A stretch of DNA of 64,000 nucleotides from Planctomycetota bacterium. Lineage in GTDB: Bacteria > Planctomycetota > UBA8108 > SXIK01. The number at the start of each line of letters is the position of its first letter. The stretch's first letter is position 1. Below the pieces are notes generated by a model, which worked only from the letters and a program-made list of their open reading frames with translations, was not told the DNA's origin and did no database searches. Positions 17,994-28,305 of this stretch are shown one piece after another. The position numbers were made by a program, and so were the translations under genes. The DNA lies in contig OZ244999.1 in NCBI GenBank assembly GCA_965223265.1, forward strand, positions 640,001-704,000. Reading direction: 5' to 3'.

Positions 17994-20021
17994 ATGCGAA
18001 ACTGCAAGATGTATCCTTCCCAGCGTAACTGTTGTCGAGCGCGCCCGAAGTTGCTTCTCGCTTTGACGTTGACCATCCTGTCGACGGGGACGACGCGCGC
18101 CGCGGCTGGCCGGACCCCAAACATCGTTCTGATCATGGCCGACGACCTTGGCTACGAGGGCGTTCGTGCCAACGGCGGTGTGTCATATCAGACACCACAC
18201 CTCGACCGGCTAGCACAGCAAGGTATGAGGTTCACGCACTGCTACTCGCAGCCGATCTGCACGCCGTCGCGCGTGCAGATCATGACGGGAATCTACAACC
18301 AGAGAAACTACATCCGGTTCGGGATTCTTGAACCGCGCGCGACGACTTTCGCTCACCTCCTGAAGCGATCGGGGTACGCGACGTGCGTGGCGGGGAAGTG
18401 GCAGCTCCAGGGAGGATTTGGAGCGCCGGCACATTTCGGCTTCGACGAGTATTGTCTCTGGCAGCTCACGATCCGTGAGTCACGCTACCCAAATCCGGTG
18501 CTCGAGCAGAACGGCGAGGTGCTCCGGTTTGCGGCTGGTGAATACGGTCCCGACGTCGTCAGCGACTACATTTGCGACTTCATCGAGAGGAAGAAGAACG
18601 GACCGTTTTTCGTCTACTACCCGATGATTCTGCCGCACTACCCCTTTGAACCGACGCCCGACAGTCCCGATTGGGATCCTGCAGTGCCGGGTATTGTTCG
18701 CGGGCGCGGCGATCCAAAGTACTTCCGCGACATGGTCGCGTACACCGACAAGGTCGTGGGTAAGATCGTCGAGCAGCTCGATCGTCTGCAGCTGCGTGAG
18801 AATACCCTGGTACTCTTCACATGCGACAACGGGGCGGCGCGGGAGATTACGTCGCAGTTTCGTGGTCGTGCGTTTCCAGGCGGTAAGGGGACGAGTACAG
18901 ACGCCGGGACGCACGTGCCTTTGATTGCATCTTGGCCGAGTGTCGTGCCGCCGGGGCGGGTTTCGGACACTTTGATCGACTTCAGCGATTTTTTCCCAAC
19001 GCTGCTCGCGGCTGCGGCCGTAGAGAAACCCGCGGACCTGCGGATCGACGGCAGAAGCTTCTTGCCGCAGCTGCGTGGTGAGCGAGGGACTCCGCGGGAA
19101 TGGACGTACTGTTGGTACTCGCGGAGCGGTCGCGACCTCGAGGCCGAGTTCGTCCGGACGCAGCGGTTTAAGCTTTACCGCGATGGACGCTTCTTCGATG
19201 TCGCGGAGGACTGGTTTGAGGAGCGAGATCTCGCAGGTTCTGAGTTGCCAGCGCCCTCCGCGGAGGCGCTCGCGCGATTGCAGATGGCGCTTTCGGCTTT
19301 TGATGAGACACGTACGGTGCCTCCTGAGCAGGAGAGACCGTCTGCGCATGAGATCAAAGAGTCAGTCTCCGTCCTACGGGCGCTCGGAGGGCATGTGTTC
19401 TCGAAAGACGGCAGTGTCGTCGAGGTCAACTTGAATGAGAATCAAGGTGTCAGCGATCACCATTTTCGCTACGTCGGGCGGTGTGTCGACGTCACCGATT
19501 TGTCCCTCGAGGGAACGGCCATCGGCGACGCTGGCGTGGCTCACTTGCGCAGCCTGCGGCAGCTCGAGTGGCTGAACCTCTACCGCACTCAAGTTGGTGA
19601 CGATGCGCTGAGGACGCTCGCCGAGCTTCGACGCTTGAAGTTTCTACCGATCGGTGAGACCCGCGTGACGAATCAGGGACTGGCGTACATCGCCGCGCAC
19701 CGGCGGCTCGAGTATCTTGGCCTACGCGGTAACGACGTGAGCGATGCCGGCCTGCGTCATTTAGTGCAGCTAAGATTCCTCAAGGGGCTTCACCTCGGCG
19801 GCACGCGGGTGACGGACCGTGGTGTGCGTCGGCTGCGCGACCTGACGGCGCTTGAGCGTCTGTGGCTTGACCGCACAAAAGTGACCGATGCGTCGATCGA
19901 AGTGCTGTCGGCATTCAAGGCGCTCAAGGAACTGCACCTGGTCGGAACCGAGATCTCAACCGCGGGGATCGAGAGGCTGCGTGTAGCACTACCAGCCTGC
20001 GAGATCTCGGTGCGGCTCTAG
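17994..20021 (+). CDS. Sulfatase (formylglycine-type) fused to a C-terminal leucine-rich repeat domain
   Basis: PNIVLIMADDLGY, CTPSR (FGly motif), GKW.L and DNG. From about aa 480 there are ~24-aa LRRs (L..L.L..T.V.D.G...L). Confidence 0.88.
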   Translation: MRNCKMYPSQRNCCRARPKLLLALTLTILSTGTTRAAAGRTPNIVLIMADDLGYEGVRANGGVSYQTPHLDRLAQQGMRFTHCYSQPICTPSRVQIMTGIYNQRNYIRFGILEPRATTFAHLLKRSGYATCVAGKWQLQGGFGAPAHFGFDEYCLWQLTIRESRYPNPVLEQNGEVLRFAAGEYGPDVVSDYICDFIERKKNGPFFVYYPMILPHYPFEPTPDSPDWDPAVPGIVRGRGDPKYFRDMVAYTDKVVGKIVEQLDRLQLRENTLVLFTCDNGAAREITSQFRGRAFPGGKGTSTDAGTHVPLIASWPSVVPPGRVSDTLIDFSDFFPTLLAAAAVEKPADLRIDGRSFLPQLRGERGTPREWTYCWYSRSGRDLEAEFVRTQRFKLYRDGRFFDVAEDWFEERDLAGSELPAPSAEALARLQMALSAFDETRTVPPEQERPSAHEIKESVSVLRALGGHVFSKDGSVVEVNLNENQGVSDHHFRYVGRCVDVTDLSLEGTAIGDAGVAHLRSLRQLEWLNLYRTQVGDDALRTLAELRRLKFLPIGETRVTNQGLAYIAAHRRLEYLGLRGNDVSDAGLRHLVQLRFLKGLHLGGTRVTDRGVRRLRDLTALERLWLDRTKVTDASIEVLSAFKALKELHLVGTEISTAGIERLRVALPACEISVRL

Positions 20022-20231
20022 CGTCCGAGTTGACGCCAACGGAGACGGTCTGCGACGCGAATTCGAGGCCGAGGTCGTCTCCGCCATCAACCTCCGCCAT
20101 CAACCTCCGCCAAGCGGCATACCGTAACGCTTTCGACCACCGACACGCGGGACATCATCGCTGGCGGTTGAGCATGCCCATTCGATCGGATAATTTGCTG
20201 CTCACGCGATCGAAGCTTCAACTCAGCGAGA

Positions 20232-20525
20232 ATGACAATGTTTCATATCAACGTTTGGTTAACTGTTCGCGACGCAGCGAACGTCGATGACGTGAGTCAA
20301 CTTCTGGTTCAAGCCGCAAAACTCTCTCGGCAGGAACCTGGCTGTGTACGATTCGAGGCGTATCACTCGCAAGCCGATCGTCGTCGCTTTCTCCTGTGCG
20401 AGCACTGGGAGAGTCAGGAGGCGTGGGAAGTGCACAAGAGTGCACAGGCGTTCACCGAAATCTACCAGCCCAAGGTTCTGCCACTCGTTGACCGCGAACC
20501 TCATATCTCTGATGCGCTTGGCTGA
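20232..20525 (+). CDS. Antibiotic biosynthesis monooxygenase (ABM) family protein / putative quinol monooxygenase
   Basis: SRQEPGCVRFEAY...F.L.E.WES.EAW..H signature, 97 aa. Confidence 0.85.
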   Translation: MTMFHINVWLTVRDAANVDDVSQLLVQAAKLSRQEPGCVRFEAYHSQADRRRFLLCEHWESQEAWEVHKSAQAFTEIYQPKVLPLVDREPHISDALG

Positions 20526-20640
20526 TCAGCCCGGACGTCACAGGCTGCCTGTTCGGCTCGCCGTGCCCGCGTGGCGATGTTGTTCGGCCACGTCGATCTT
20601 TGAACCAAACGTGCCCGTCAGGATGGTTGCTTGTGGGCGA

Positions 20641-23600
20641 TCATAGGCTGCACGTCGACTGCAGACACGAGATCGTGTCAGCAGTGGGATCTTCGTCGCA
20701 ATTCGCTCGCGGCTCTGGTAGCGACGTGCCGCGAAATAGGTTGAGGAGGATCGTGATCGCGTCGGTGACGTTGATTGAGCCAGAGTCATTCGCATCCGCT
20801 GCGTCAATACACTGGGGCTCCCGCTCGCCGCGGAAGAGATAGTTGAGCAGAGTGATCGCGTCGCTGATCTCGACGACGGAGTTGGCATCGACATCGCCGC
20901 GCCTGAATGTCGATGGTTCTCGATCTGAAATGGGCGCATGCACGCCTTGTCGGTAGCCGACGAAGTCGATCTGAACCGACCCGGGATTCGGACTGTCACC
21001 GAGTCCTATGGCGAGATAGTTGGCGTAGCGGGTCTCGGTCTCTCGCGGCGGGAGTGTGACCACGTCGTCGAATGTTGGCTCCGCGGCTCCGTTGAGGTAG
21101 AGCCGCACCCGATGTCCATCTTCAGCGGCCACGATCGTCGCCCAGACGCTCTGGAACTGTTGTGGGTCTGCGATGGGGACGGTGCCGCCCGGAAAGAGCA
21201 ACTCGCTGCCGTTCAGCGACAGGGAGAAAATCCGCCGCGCCGTGCGACCTCCGTCATGGACCAGCGTGATCTGGCCACGTCCGCCGACGATCTGCTGGCC
21301 GCTTGGCGCCTCAAGATCGGTGGGGTTTGGATTGACGCGCCAGCGCGCGACGAGCGTCGCCCCCTCGTCGAGCAATCGGTTCTCGTTCGTCAGACCGTCG
21401 AGCTCGAGATGCCGCAGGAGATAAATCGTGCCGTTGTCAGGAAGCGGGAGATCTGGATCTCCGGCGTCTTCGATGTTGAGTGTGGAGACCGCGGCGCCGG
21501 CTCCATCGGTGCTCGAGACTTGTTCGATGCGCACTCCACCAGGGGCACCTTCACCAGGAATCGATCCGTCCCAGCGATCGCTACGTGAGGAGCGGACCCA
21601 TTCGCCGTCGAGTGCTCCGAGCACGAGTGGAGTCACGACGTAGTCGGCCTCGTTGCCGCTGGCCTCATAAAGATAGTGAAAGCCCTCGTTCGGCGGCAGC
21701 CAGCCACCATAGTTTGGAGTCGGAAGAGCCTCGCTTGCAGCTGTCTCCTCGGCAGACTCTCCTCCTCGTGTGAGGGTTGAGATGCCGTACGTGTGAGCGA
21801 CTTCGGGCAATGCGTGCTCGTCCACGAAGAGGGAGCGCTGGAAGGCGTCGGAGGCGCGGGACAAGGTCGCAATTCTCTCGCCGTCGCGAGAGATATGAAA
21901 ACCGAGAACCTCGGCATCCGCTGCGTCTGGCGGTGACCACACAAGTTCGTGCCCTCGGGTGCTGCGCGAGCGCACGGTGAAATCCCGCGGCGCTGCGGGT
22001 GCTGGTCCCACGGCAGTACGAACGTGAAACGCGGTCGGCTCGGAAAGTAGGCTCCAGCGACCGGCGGAGTCGAGGTGGCGCACGCGAAACTCATACGATT
22101 CGCCGACGCTGAGGATCTCGTCGGGGAGGGTGACGCGATCGAGAGGCGAATCAATCTCGATCTCCCATATCGGAAAGACCCAGTCGCCCCCTTCCTTGAC
22201 CACAACCCAATGACTCCGCACGTGCGTGGATCCATCCGGTGAGAGGAGCGGCCGACTGCGTAGCTCGACAGGTAGCGTCACGTCGACGTTCGCGTCAGGA
22301 GACAGGTTGCGAGCGGGAGCCGGTCCTCTCAGATCGAGAAAAACCGTCGACTGCAGACTCGACTGCCGCCGGAACCAATCGGCAAGCAGGTCGACCACGT
22401 TGTCGAAGTCGTTGTAGCGATCGAGGCACTCCTCGCGGGGCGTCGTCAAAGGGCAGGTCAATCGTGTTTCTTTGTCCCACCGGTCGCGATCGGCGTTGGC
22501 TGCCTTCCGCAGGCGTGCGCGCTCGTCTTCGAGGATCCCGCTCAGCCGGTCCAGGTTGTAGAGAGTCTGCCACAGATAGCGGTAGCGGTTGTGATACTCC
22601 CGTTCGAACTTAGGCAAGACCTGGCGACTGATCGGATCGCTGATGTTGAGTTGGCGATCCGCGATCATCGTACTGTCGAGATCCCACGGCACTAGCTCCC
22701 ACTGCTTCGTTTCTGGGTTCTGGTAGTAGTAGAAATTGTGTCCGCCCAAGTCAGCGTGCTGTACCAGTTGCACAACGGCGCGAAACGAGAGGTAGCTCTC
22801 GAGGTTGACGTTCTCTTCGTACCACTCGCGAGTATCGATCGCGCTGTAGCCGTTGACGAACGCGTTGTAGTCGTCGAGCTCGGGCGAGCAATCCGGCGAT
22901 CTCTTGACAGGCCCACCCATTTTATAGATGCCCGCATCGATGGAAGGGCGACCTTGGTCTTCGAACATCACGTTGTCGATCTGCTGGATGTCGAGGTAGA
23001 CGCCGAAGAAGTCACCGTCATACTGCGTGTGCTCTGCAGCCGAATCGATCATGCGCAGATAGACCTGCGTCGTACGCGGGGACGGAACGCCAGCTTCACG
23101 GAAGAGCCGAAACCCCATTGTTTCGATGAGCCCGACGCCGCCGGTTGCGTCAGTGTTCGTGACGTGCTCATTGCTATTGAGGTTGAGTCTGCGGCGCGGA
23201 TTCTCATATGGGGTGCCGTCGTTGTAGCGGCCGCGAAATCGATTGCCCTTATTGAACTTGATTTTCCAATACCGCTTCTTGCGCAAGAAGCGCTGATTGC
23301 CACGGAGGCGAAACGGGACGTGATCGTAGACACGATTCTCGAAGACGAAGGAGCCGACCCAATAGTAGGTGTTGTCGTTGCTATCACGCGTCGCATCGTA
23401 GTGCGCCTCTTCAGTATCTTCGGCACGGGCGATGAGATGATAAACGGGGAGATCTGTCGGGTCAGCGTGGACGACGCCGGGATCGCCGAGGCGGCTGTCG
23501 ATGTCGGCGACGTAGTCGGGCACGCCGTCGTAAACGAAGAACGCGTAGTTCGGTTCCGGATCGCCGAGGCGCGGTGCGACGCTCTCGGCGCCGAATGTGT

Positions 23601-25137
23601 CTGTGGCGACGACCCTGTAGCGGACGAGCGTGCGATTTGGAAGTGGCGGCAGGACGATCGCATAGCGGTGTAGCTCGAGGTCGAGGCTCATCTCCACCTC
23701 CGTCCACTCTGCCTCGTAACGCGGGTCCGTGCGACGAATGTAGTCTCCCGGAGCAACCGTTTGATAGTGGAGTCGGACATTGCCAACGCGGTCCGGGTCC
23801 GTCACTCGAGCGCTGACGCGCACTGCGTCCGTAGATGCGATGGCTCGGATCTCCATGGCGCTTAGCTCATCGCTTCCCTCGCGGCTTTCGATGCCGTCCG
23901 CACGCGCTTTCGCGAGCGTGATTCCAGGTGCACTGTTGCCGGTCAATTCGAACACTTCCGTTGCGGTGTTCTTTCGCCCCGGCGAGCCACGAAAGTCCGT
24001 ACTCTCTTCCCAGCTTCTGGCGCGATCGTTGTTGGCGAACGCATCGGCCAGCTCCAGTGAACCGCGCGAACCGTCAGGGTTGATCGGCCACGGATCGCGG
24101 TCGTTGAAGTCTACATAGTCGACAGGACGCTGCTGGGCATCGACGAGGAGCAAGACTTCGCCGCCGTCACTGAGACGACCGGAGAACGGGCCCACACCCT
24201 TTGTGGTGTCGGTGATCGAACCATACTTTGACTCGAAGCCGTCGCGGTCGCTGAAAACCACGACAAAGTCGCCGGCTGGTAGCAGCGTTCCCGCGGGAAA
24301 CTCAAAGTCGATACCGCGCTCGAAGCGCCAACCCGAAATGTCGATTGCCGCGTCGCTGCGGTTGTGGAGTTCGACAAAGTCTTCACTCGCGCAGTGGAGA
24401 AGATCGTCAGCATCAGGGTCGGTGACTGGGTTGTATTGGATCTCGTTGATCACGACATGCGCGCGGCTGGGAAGGTTTCCGGCCTGTGAGTTGTCGCGCC
24501 CCGGCGTACCTGACGTTTCCATGTTGTTACTCGCTGCGAAATTGACGAAATCGCTCGCGAACTTGGCGCTGGCGTCGATCCGCTCCAAGCTGCTGCCGTT
24601 GCCGTCAGCGGCCGTCGGCCATGGCGAGTCGTCGTCATACTCGACCCAATCGATCAAGTGCCCGGCGGCGTCGTAGACGCGTACCGCATCGCCGCCGTTG
24701 GCCAGCGCGAAATCAAACGGGCCGAAGATCGTCAGCTCAGCCCCATAGGTTGCCGCGATCGCCGCCGGGTTGCGGGCTACAACGATCGCTTGGCCGGGCT
24801 GGATTTGGCTGCCGGCAGGGAATTCGTAGCGATGCGTGTCGTCGTCATCCTTCAGGATCCAGCCCTCCAGGTCGACAGCTTCGGAGCTTGAGCTGTTGAG
24901 GAGCTCGACGAATTCGAAATCAGCGTCGGCTCCGAGAGTGGGGGGAGGATTGTACTGAATCTCGTTGATGGCGATATCGCTGGGTGCTGCGACGAGAGCG
25001 ACAGGCATCGCGAACACGAGTGCAATGCGAACGAGCGAACGCACGCGTGGAATGACGCCATTCTCTGGTCGCGGTGTTCCGAGCCCGGCCTGGCTGATCG
25101 TCGAGTTCGCGTCAGACCGCTTGTTGATAGCGATCAC
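20641..25137 (-). CDS. Secreted lamin-tail-domain (x2) / CotH kinase / FN3 protein with C-terminal dockerin-like domain
   Basis: Two INEIQYNP...FVEL.N...D..GW lamin-tail domains. CotH motifs RLRGN..KKRYWKIKF, GVP.PR, GVY, HAD...NFYYY and PWDLD. FN3 segment. C-terminal FRRGDVDANSVVEISD...ADANDSGSINVTD...CDEDPTADTISC. Confidence 0.85.
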   Translation of the reverse strand: MIAINKRSDANSTISQAGLGTPRPENGVIPRVRSLVRIALVFAMPVALVAAPSDIAINEIQYNPPPTLGADADFEFVELLNSSSSEAVDLEGWILKDDDDTHRYEFPAGSQIQPGQAIVVARNPAAIAATYGAELTIFGPFDFALANGGDAVRVYDAAGHLIDWVEYDDDSPWPTAADGNGSSLERIDASAKFASDFVNFAASNNMETSGTPGRDNSQAGNLPSRAHVVINEIQYNPVTDPDADDLLHCASEDFVELHNRSDAAIDISGWRFERGIDFEFPAGTLLPAGDFVVVFSDRDGFESKYGSITDTTKGVGPFSGRLSDGGEVLLLVDAQQRPVDYVDFNDRDPWPINPDGSRGSLELADAFANNDRARSWEESTDFRGSPGRKNTATEVFELTGNSAPGITLAKARADGIESREGSDELSAMEIRAIASTDAVRVSARVTDPDRVGNVRLHYQTVAPGDYIRRTDPRYEAEWTEVEMSLDLELHRYAIVLPPLPNRTLVRYRVVATDTFGAESVAPRLGDPEPNYAFFVYDGVPDYVADIDSRLGDPGVVHADPTDLPVYHLIARAEDTEEAHYDATRDSNDNTYYWVGSFVFENRVYDHVPFRLRGNQRFLRKKRYWKIKFNKGNRFRGRYNDGTPYENPRRRLNLNSNEHVTNTDATGGVGLIETMGFRLFREAGVPSPRTTQVYLRMIDSAAEHTQYDGDFFGVYLDIQQIDNVMFEDQGRPSIDAGIYKMGGPVKRSPDCSPELDDYNAFVNGYSAIDTREWYEENVNLESYLSFRAVVQLVQHADLGGHNFYYYQNPETKQWELVPWDLDSTMIADRQLNISDPISRQVLPKFEREYHNRYRYLWQTLYNLDRLSGILEDERARLRKAANADRDRWDKETRLTCPLTTPREECLDRYNDFDNVVDLLADWFRRQSSLQSTVFLDLRGPAPARNLSPDANVDVTLPVELRSRPLLSPDGSTHVRSHWVVVKEGGDWVFPIWEIEIDSPLDRVTLPDEILSVGESYEFRVRHLDSAGRWSLLSEPTAFHVRTAVGPAPAAPRDFTVRSRSTRGHELVWSPPDAADAEVLGFHISRDGERIATLSRASDAFQRSLFVDEHALPEVAHTYGISTLTRGGESAEETAASEALPTPNYGGWLPPNEGFHYLYEASGNEADYVVTPLVLGALDGEWVRSSRSDRWDGSIPGEGAPGGVRIEQVSSTDGAGAAVSTLNIEDAGDPDLPLPDNGTIYLLRHLELDGLTNENRLLDEGATLVARWRVNPNPTDLEAPSGQQIVGGRGQITLVHDGGRTARRIFSLSLNGSELLFPGGTVPIADPQQFQSVWATIVAAEDGHRVRLYLNGAAEPTFDDVVTLPPRETETRYANYLAIGLGDSPNPGSVQIDFVGYRQGVHAPISDREPSTFRRGDVDANSVVEISDAITLLNYLFRGEREPQCIDAADANDSGSINVTDAITILLNLFRGTSLPEPRANCDEDPTADTISCLQSTCSL

Positions 25138-25255
25138 GTTTCAGACCCCCGTCTCTTTTTCTGCGGCGAGCTCCCGACTCACATTCGCAAAACGTGGCGT
25201 GTGATTCGGCGAGCCGAAGGCGTTTCTTACGGTCATTTGCTTGCAAGCGGTGAGC

Positions 25256-25385
25256 CCCGTCCGGTCGTCAGAAGAACCCGTCCGGTCGTCAGAAGAACCC
25301 GTCCGGTCGTCAGAAGAACCCGTCCGGTCGTCAGAAGAACCCGTCCGGTCGTCAGAAGAACCCGTCCGGTCGTCAGAAGAACCCG
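25256..25385. repeat. Perfect tandem array of 6 x 21 bp CCCGTCCGGTCGTCAGAAGAA
   Basis: Units start at 25256, 25277, 25298, 25319, 25340 and 25361, plus a partial CCCG. No spacers. Lies between divergent genes. Confidence 0.95.
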
Positions 25386-25630
25386 ACCTATCCATTCTCC
25401 CGGTGCGGGAGAGCGTGTCAACTAACGCGTGAACGCGCCCCAAAGTTCCCGCGAACTGATTGACCGGTGCGGCCCTGGGTTGGGCGGAGAATCGGCCTTG
25501 AGAGTTCAGCTACTCCTACTCGACGGAGCACGACCCTGGCGACACGGGGTGGCTCTGTATTGACTGAGACCGGCTTCTCGAGGTTGCATGACTCCATTCG
25601 ACGACGATTTAAGACGCGAGGAGATGAGTT

Positions 25631-28099
25631 ATGAGATTCCGGTTGCCGCGACGAAGTCCGTTGACCATCGCCCTGACGATGATGGGCGTGCCTTTCACCT
25701 GCGCGCTGAGCGCCGAATTGCCGCCACTGCCGCGGGTCGACGCCCCAGTCAAGCTTGAGGTTCCTTCGGAGGTGGGGATGCCGCGACTGCTTCGCCTCGC
25801 GATTCACTATCCCGGGGGGCGACTGGATCGTGTTGGGCCTCGAAGCGGCTTGATGCTGAGTCTCCACAATTGGGGGGGACAGGGGTGCGCCGGCAGCGCA
25901 GATCCTGAGAAGCTCGCACAGCGTTACGACGTGGTTGCCATCTGCGTCGACTATTTTCAGAGTGGACCTTGGGTCCCTGAACGAGCGGCGAAGCCCTACG
26001 ACCATGGATTCGTGCAGGCCCTCGATGCCCTGCGAGCGCTCTCGTATGTCTATCATCAACTCGACCTGGAGCGTCGAGCCTTTGATCGCGAGCGGATCTA
26101 CGCGGTGGGAGGATCGGGAGGAGGCAACGTCGCGCTCATGGCCAACAAGCTTGCGCCGCGCACCTTTGCCGCTGTCGTGTCGCTGTCTGGCATGGCGAAG
26201 CTGAGCGATGACGTAGCCTTCGGCGCGCCGTACGGCAGTCGTTTGAATGCTGGTTACAGCGCCATTCCCAGCAGTGCGCGCTATCTGACGGTTGACGCGC
26301 AGGAACTTAGGTTCATCGGACACCCCGCGCATCTCCACGTCATGCAGCGCCTTGGCAACCGCGCCAAGGTGGTTCTCATTCATGGCGCCGCTGACGACGT
26401 TTGTCCCACGCACGAGGTACGTGAGCTAGTGGGCGAGTTCAAGACTTCCGGAATTGATGTCAGCGCGCGTTTCGTGAGCACCGATGACGTCGACGGAACG
26501 CTGTTCAAGAACCCTGAACACGGGATTGGCGATCGTACACAGATTCTATTTCATGTTGCTGATGAATGGTTGCTGCCGCGCCAAGAGTTCGACGCGAAGG
26601 CCGACGATCGAGCTCAACGCGGCGCTCGAATTCGACCGAACGATTTCGATTTGCCGGACGCACCGGTCGTCTACCCGACGACGCAAGGTCGGTACGTGAT
26701 CTCGTTCAAGAGTCGATTCCCTACGGCCAGGTTCGAATTCAGCCGGCCACGACCTGCCGGGGCGACGCGGTTGCCGCCGCCTCAGGCAGACGTCGAGGCG
26801 GCATCATTCCGCGTCTCTGCTTTCAAGGCCGATGTAACACCGCCACTGGGGCATGCACTCCATGCTGGTGCGATCACTGCTGCGCGTGAGATCGTTGACC
26901 GACTCGAAGCGCGAGGCCTGGTTCTTCTAGGGGCCGGGGAGCCCATCGTGATCGTCGCGATCGATTGGCTTGAGATCCGAAACGACGCTCACGAGCGCTG
27001 GCGTCAAGCCGTGGCAGACGCCGCGTCGACGACGCGCGCGCGAGTCCTCGTCAGCAGCGTCCATCAGCACGACGCTCCGTTGGCGGATCTCACCGCGCAG
27101 CGGCTTCTCGACGAGCATGCACCCGGCGTACAGATCATCGATCTCGAATTTCATGAACGCGCGGTTGAACGTGTCGCCAACGCGGTGCGCGACAGCTTGT
27201 CTCATGCTTTACCGGTGACTCACTTCGGCGTTGGTCGTGCCCGCGTCGAGCAGATCGCATCGAATCGCCGTGTCGTCGACGCGGATGATCGCGTGACGTT
27301 TTCGCGTGGCAGCTCCAGCGGCGGCGACGCCTCGCTGCGGGATGCCCCGGAAGGTGAAGTCGACCCTTGGCTGAGGACGCTGAGCTTTTGGAACGGCAGC
27401 GCACCTGTCGCAGCGCTTCACGTCTTCGCATCGCATCCCATGTCCTACTACGGGCGCGGCGGCGTCAGTTACGACTTCGTTGGCATGGCGCGCGCCCGTC
27501 GTCAAGCGGATCAACCGCGCGTCCACCAGGTCTACTTCTCTGGCTGCGCCGGTGATGTTACCGCCGGGAAGTACAACGACGGGTCGCCCGCCAACCGTGC
27601 CATCCTGGCACGACGTCTCTACGCAGCGATGTGTCGCGCATGGAATAGAACGGAGCTCAGCCCACTGGAGCAGATCGCGTGGAGATCGATTCCCCTGAGG
27701 TTGGAACCACGCCGCGGCCCAGGTTTCTCGCTGGCCGAGATGGAGGCTCGATTGCGCGACGACACCGCGCGGCCGTTCGATCGCGCGCTCGCTGCGATGG
27801 GATTGAGCTGGAGAAAGCGTGTCGACACCGGCGTGCCGTTGGATGTCCCTGTTGTCGATTTCGGCCGCGCTCGCATCGTGCTCATGCCGGCGGAGACGTT
27901 CGTCGGTTATCAGTTGCGCGCTCAGAGGCTGCGGCCGGAACTGTTTCTATTCATGATCGGCTATGGCGAGTGCGCCCCTGGGTACATCCCCACGGCCGCT
28001 CGGACGCGCGAGCGATTTAATGAGACGCACTCGTGGCTATGGGTAGCGCCGGAGTCCGAAGCGGCGATGCTGGGTGCGATTGAGGCGGCCGTGCAGTGA
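25631..28099 (+). CDS. Secreted alpha/beta-hydrolase (DUF2920-like) fused to a ceramidase-like amidohydrolase domain
   Basis: N-domain: LHNWGG, GGSGGG nucleophile elbow, HG..DD and a later His. C-domain: ADVTPPLGH, SSVHQHDAP, ASHPMSYYG, GCAGDVTAGKYNDG and YGECAPGYIPT. Confidence 0.75.
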   Translation: MRFRLPRRSPLTIALTMMGVPFTCALSAELPPLPRVDAPVKLEVPSEVGMPRLLRLAIHYPGGRLDRVGPRSGLMLSLHNWGGQGCAGSADPEKLAQRYDVVAICVDYFQSGPWVPERAAKPYDHGFVQALDALRALSYVYHQLDLERRAFDRERIYAVGGSGGGNVALMANKLAPRTFAAVVSLSGMAKLSDDVAFGAPYGSRLNAGYSAIPSSARYLTVDAQELRFIGHPAHLHVMQRLGNRAKVVLIHGAADDVCPTHEVRELVGEFKTSGIDVSARFVSTDDVDGTLFKNPEHGIGDRTQILFHVADEWLLPRQEFDAKADDRAQRGARIRPNDFDLPDAPVVYPTTQGRYVISFKSRFPTARFEFSRPRPAGATRLPPPQADVEAASFRVSAFKADVTPPLGHALHAGAITAAREIVDRLEARGLVLLGAGEPIVIVAIDWLEIRNDAHERWRQAVADAASTTRARVLVSSVHQHDAPLADLTAQRLLDEHAPGVQIIDLEFHERAVERVANAVRDSLSHALPVTHFGVGRARVEQIASNRRVVDADDRVTFSRGSSSGGDASLRDAPEGEVDPWLRTLSFWNGSAPVAALHVFASHPMSYYGRGGVSYDFVGMARARRQADQPRVHQVYFSGCAGDVTAGKYNDGSPANRAILARRLYAAMCRAWNRTELSPLEQIAWRSIPLRLEPRRGPGFSLAEMEARLRDDTARPFDRALAAMGLSWRKRVDTGVPLDVPVVDFGRARIVLMPAETFVGYQLRAQRLRPELFLFMIGYGECAPGYIPTAARTRERFNETHSWLWVAPESEAAMLGAIEAAVQ

Positions 28100-28305
28100 A
28101 CTGACCCCGAACGTGGTTTGTTAGTGCGGACGGCGCAGCGGGTGGCGGGATCGACAATCGTTGCGACCGCGATGTAGAATCGCTCGCGAGTCGATCCTTT
28201 CGCTCGGCGCTCTGGCGAGAGCTCAACGGTCCGAAACGCCAGTTTCAGAGTCTTCATGCAGGCGCTTTGGGGAAGACTTTTGGGGAAGACAGCACTGAGG
28301 CAAAC

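Noticed and set aside
20079-20110. Short 13 bp tandem duplication (CTCCGCCATCAAC), and a similar TTTGGGGAAGAC duplication near 28266-28290
   Set aside because: Only about two copies each, consistent with ordinary slippage, with no evidence of function.
25256-25385. Possible CRISPR array
   Set aside because: The units are contiguous with no unique spacers, and there are no cas genes in the window.
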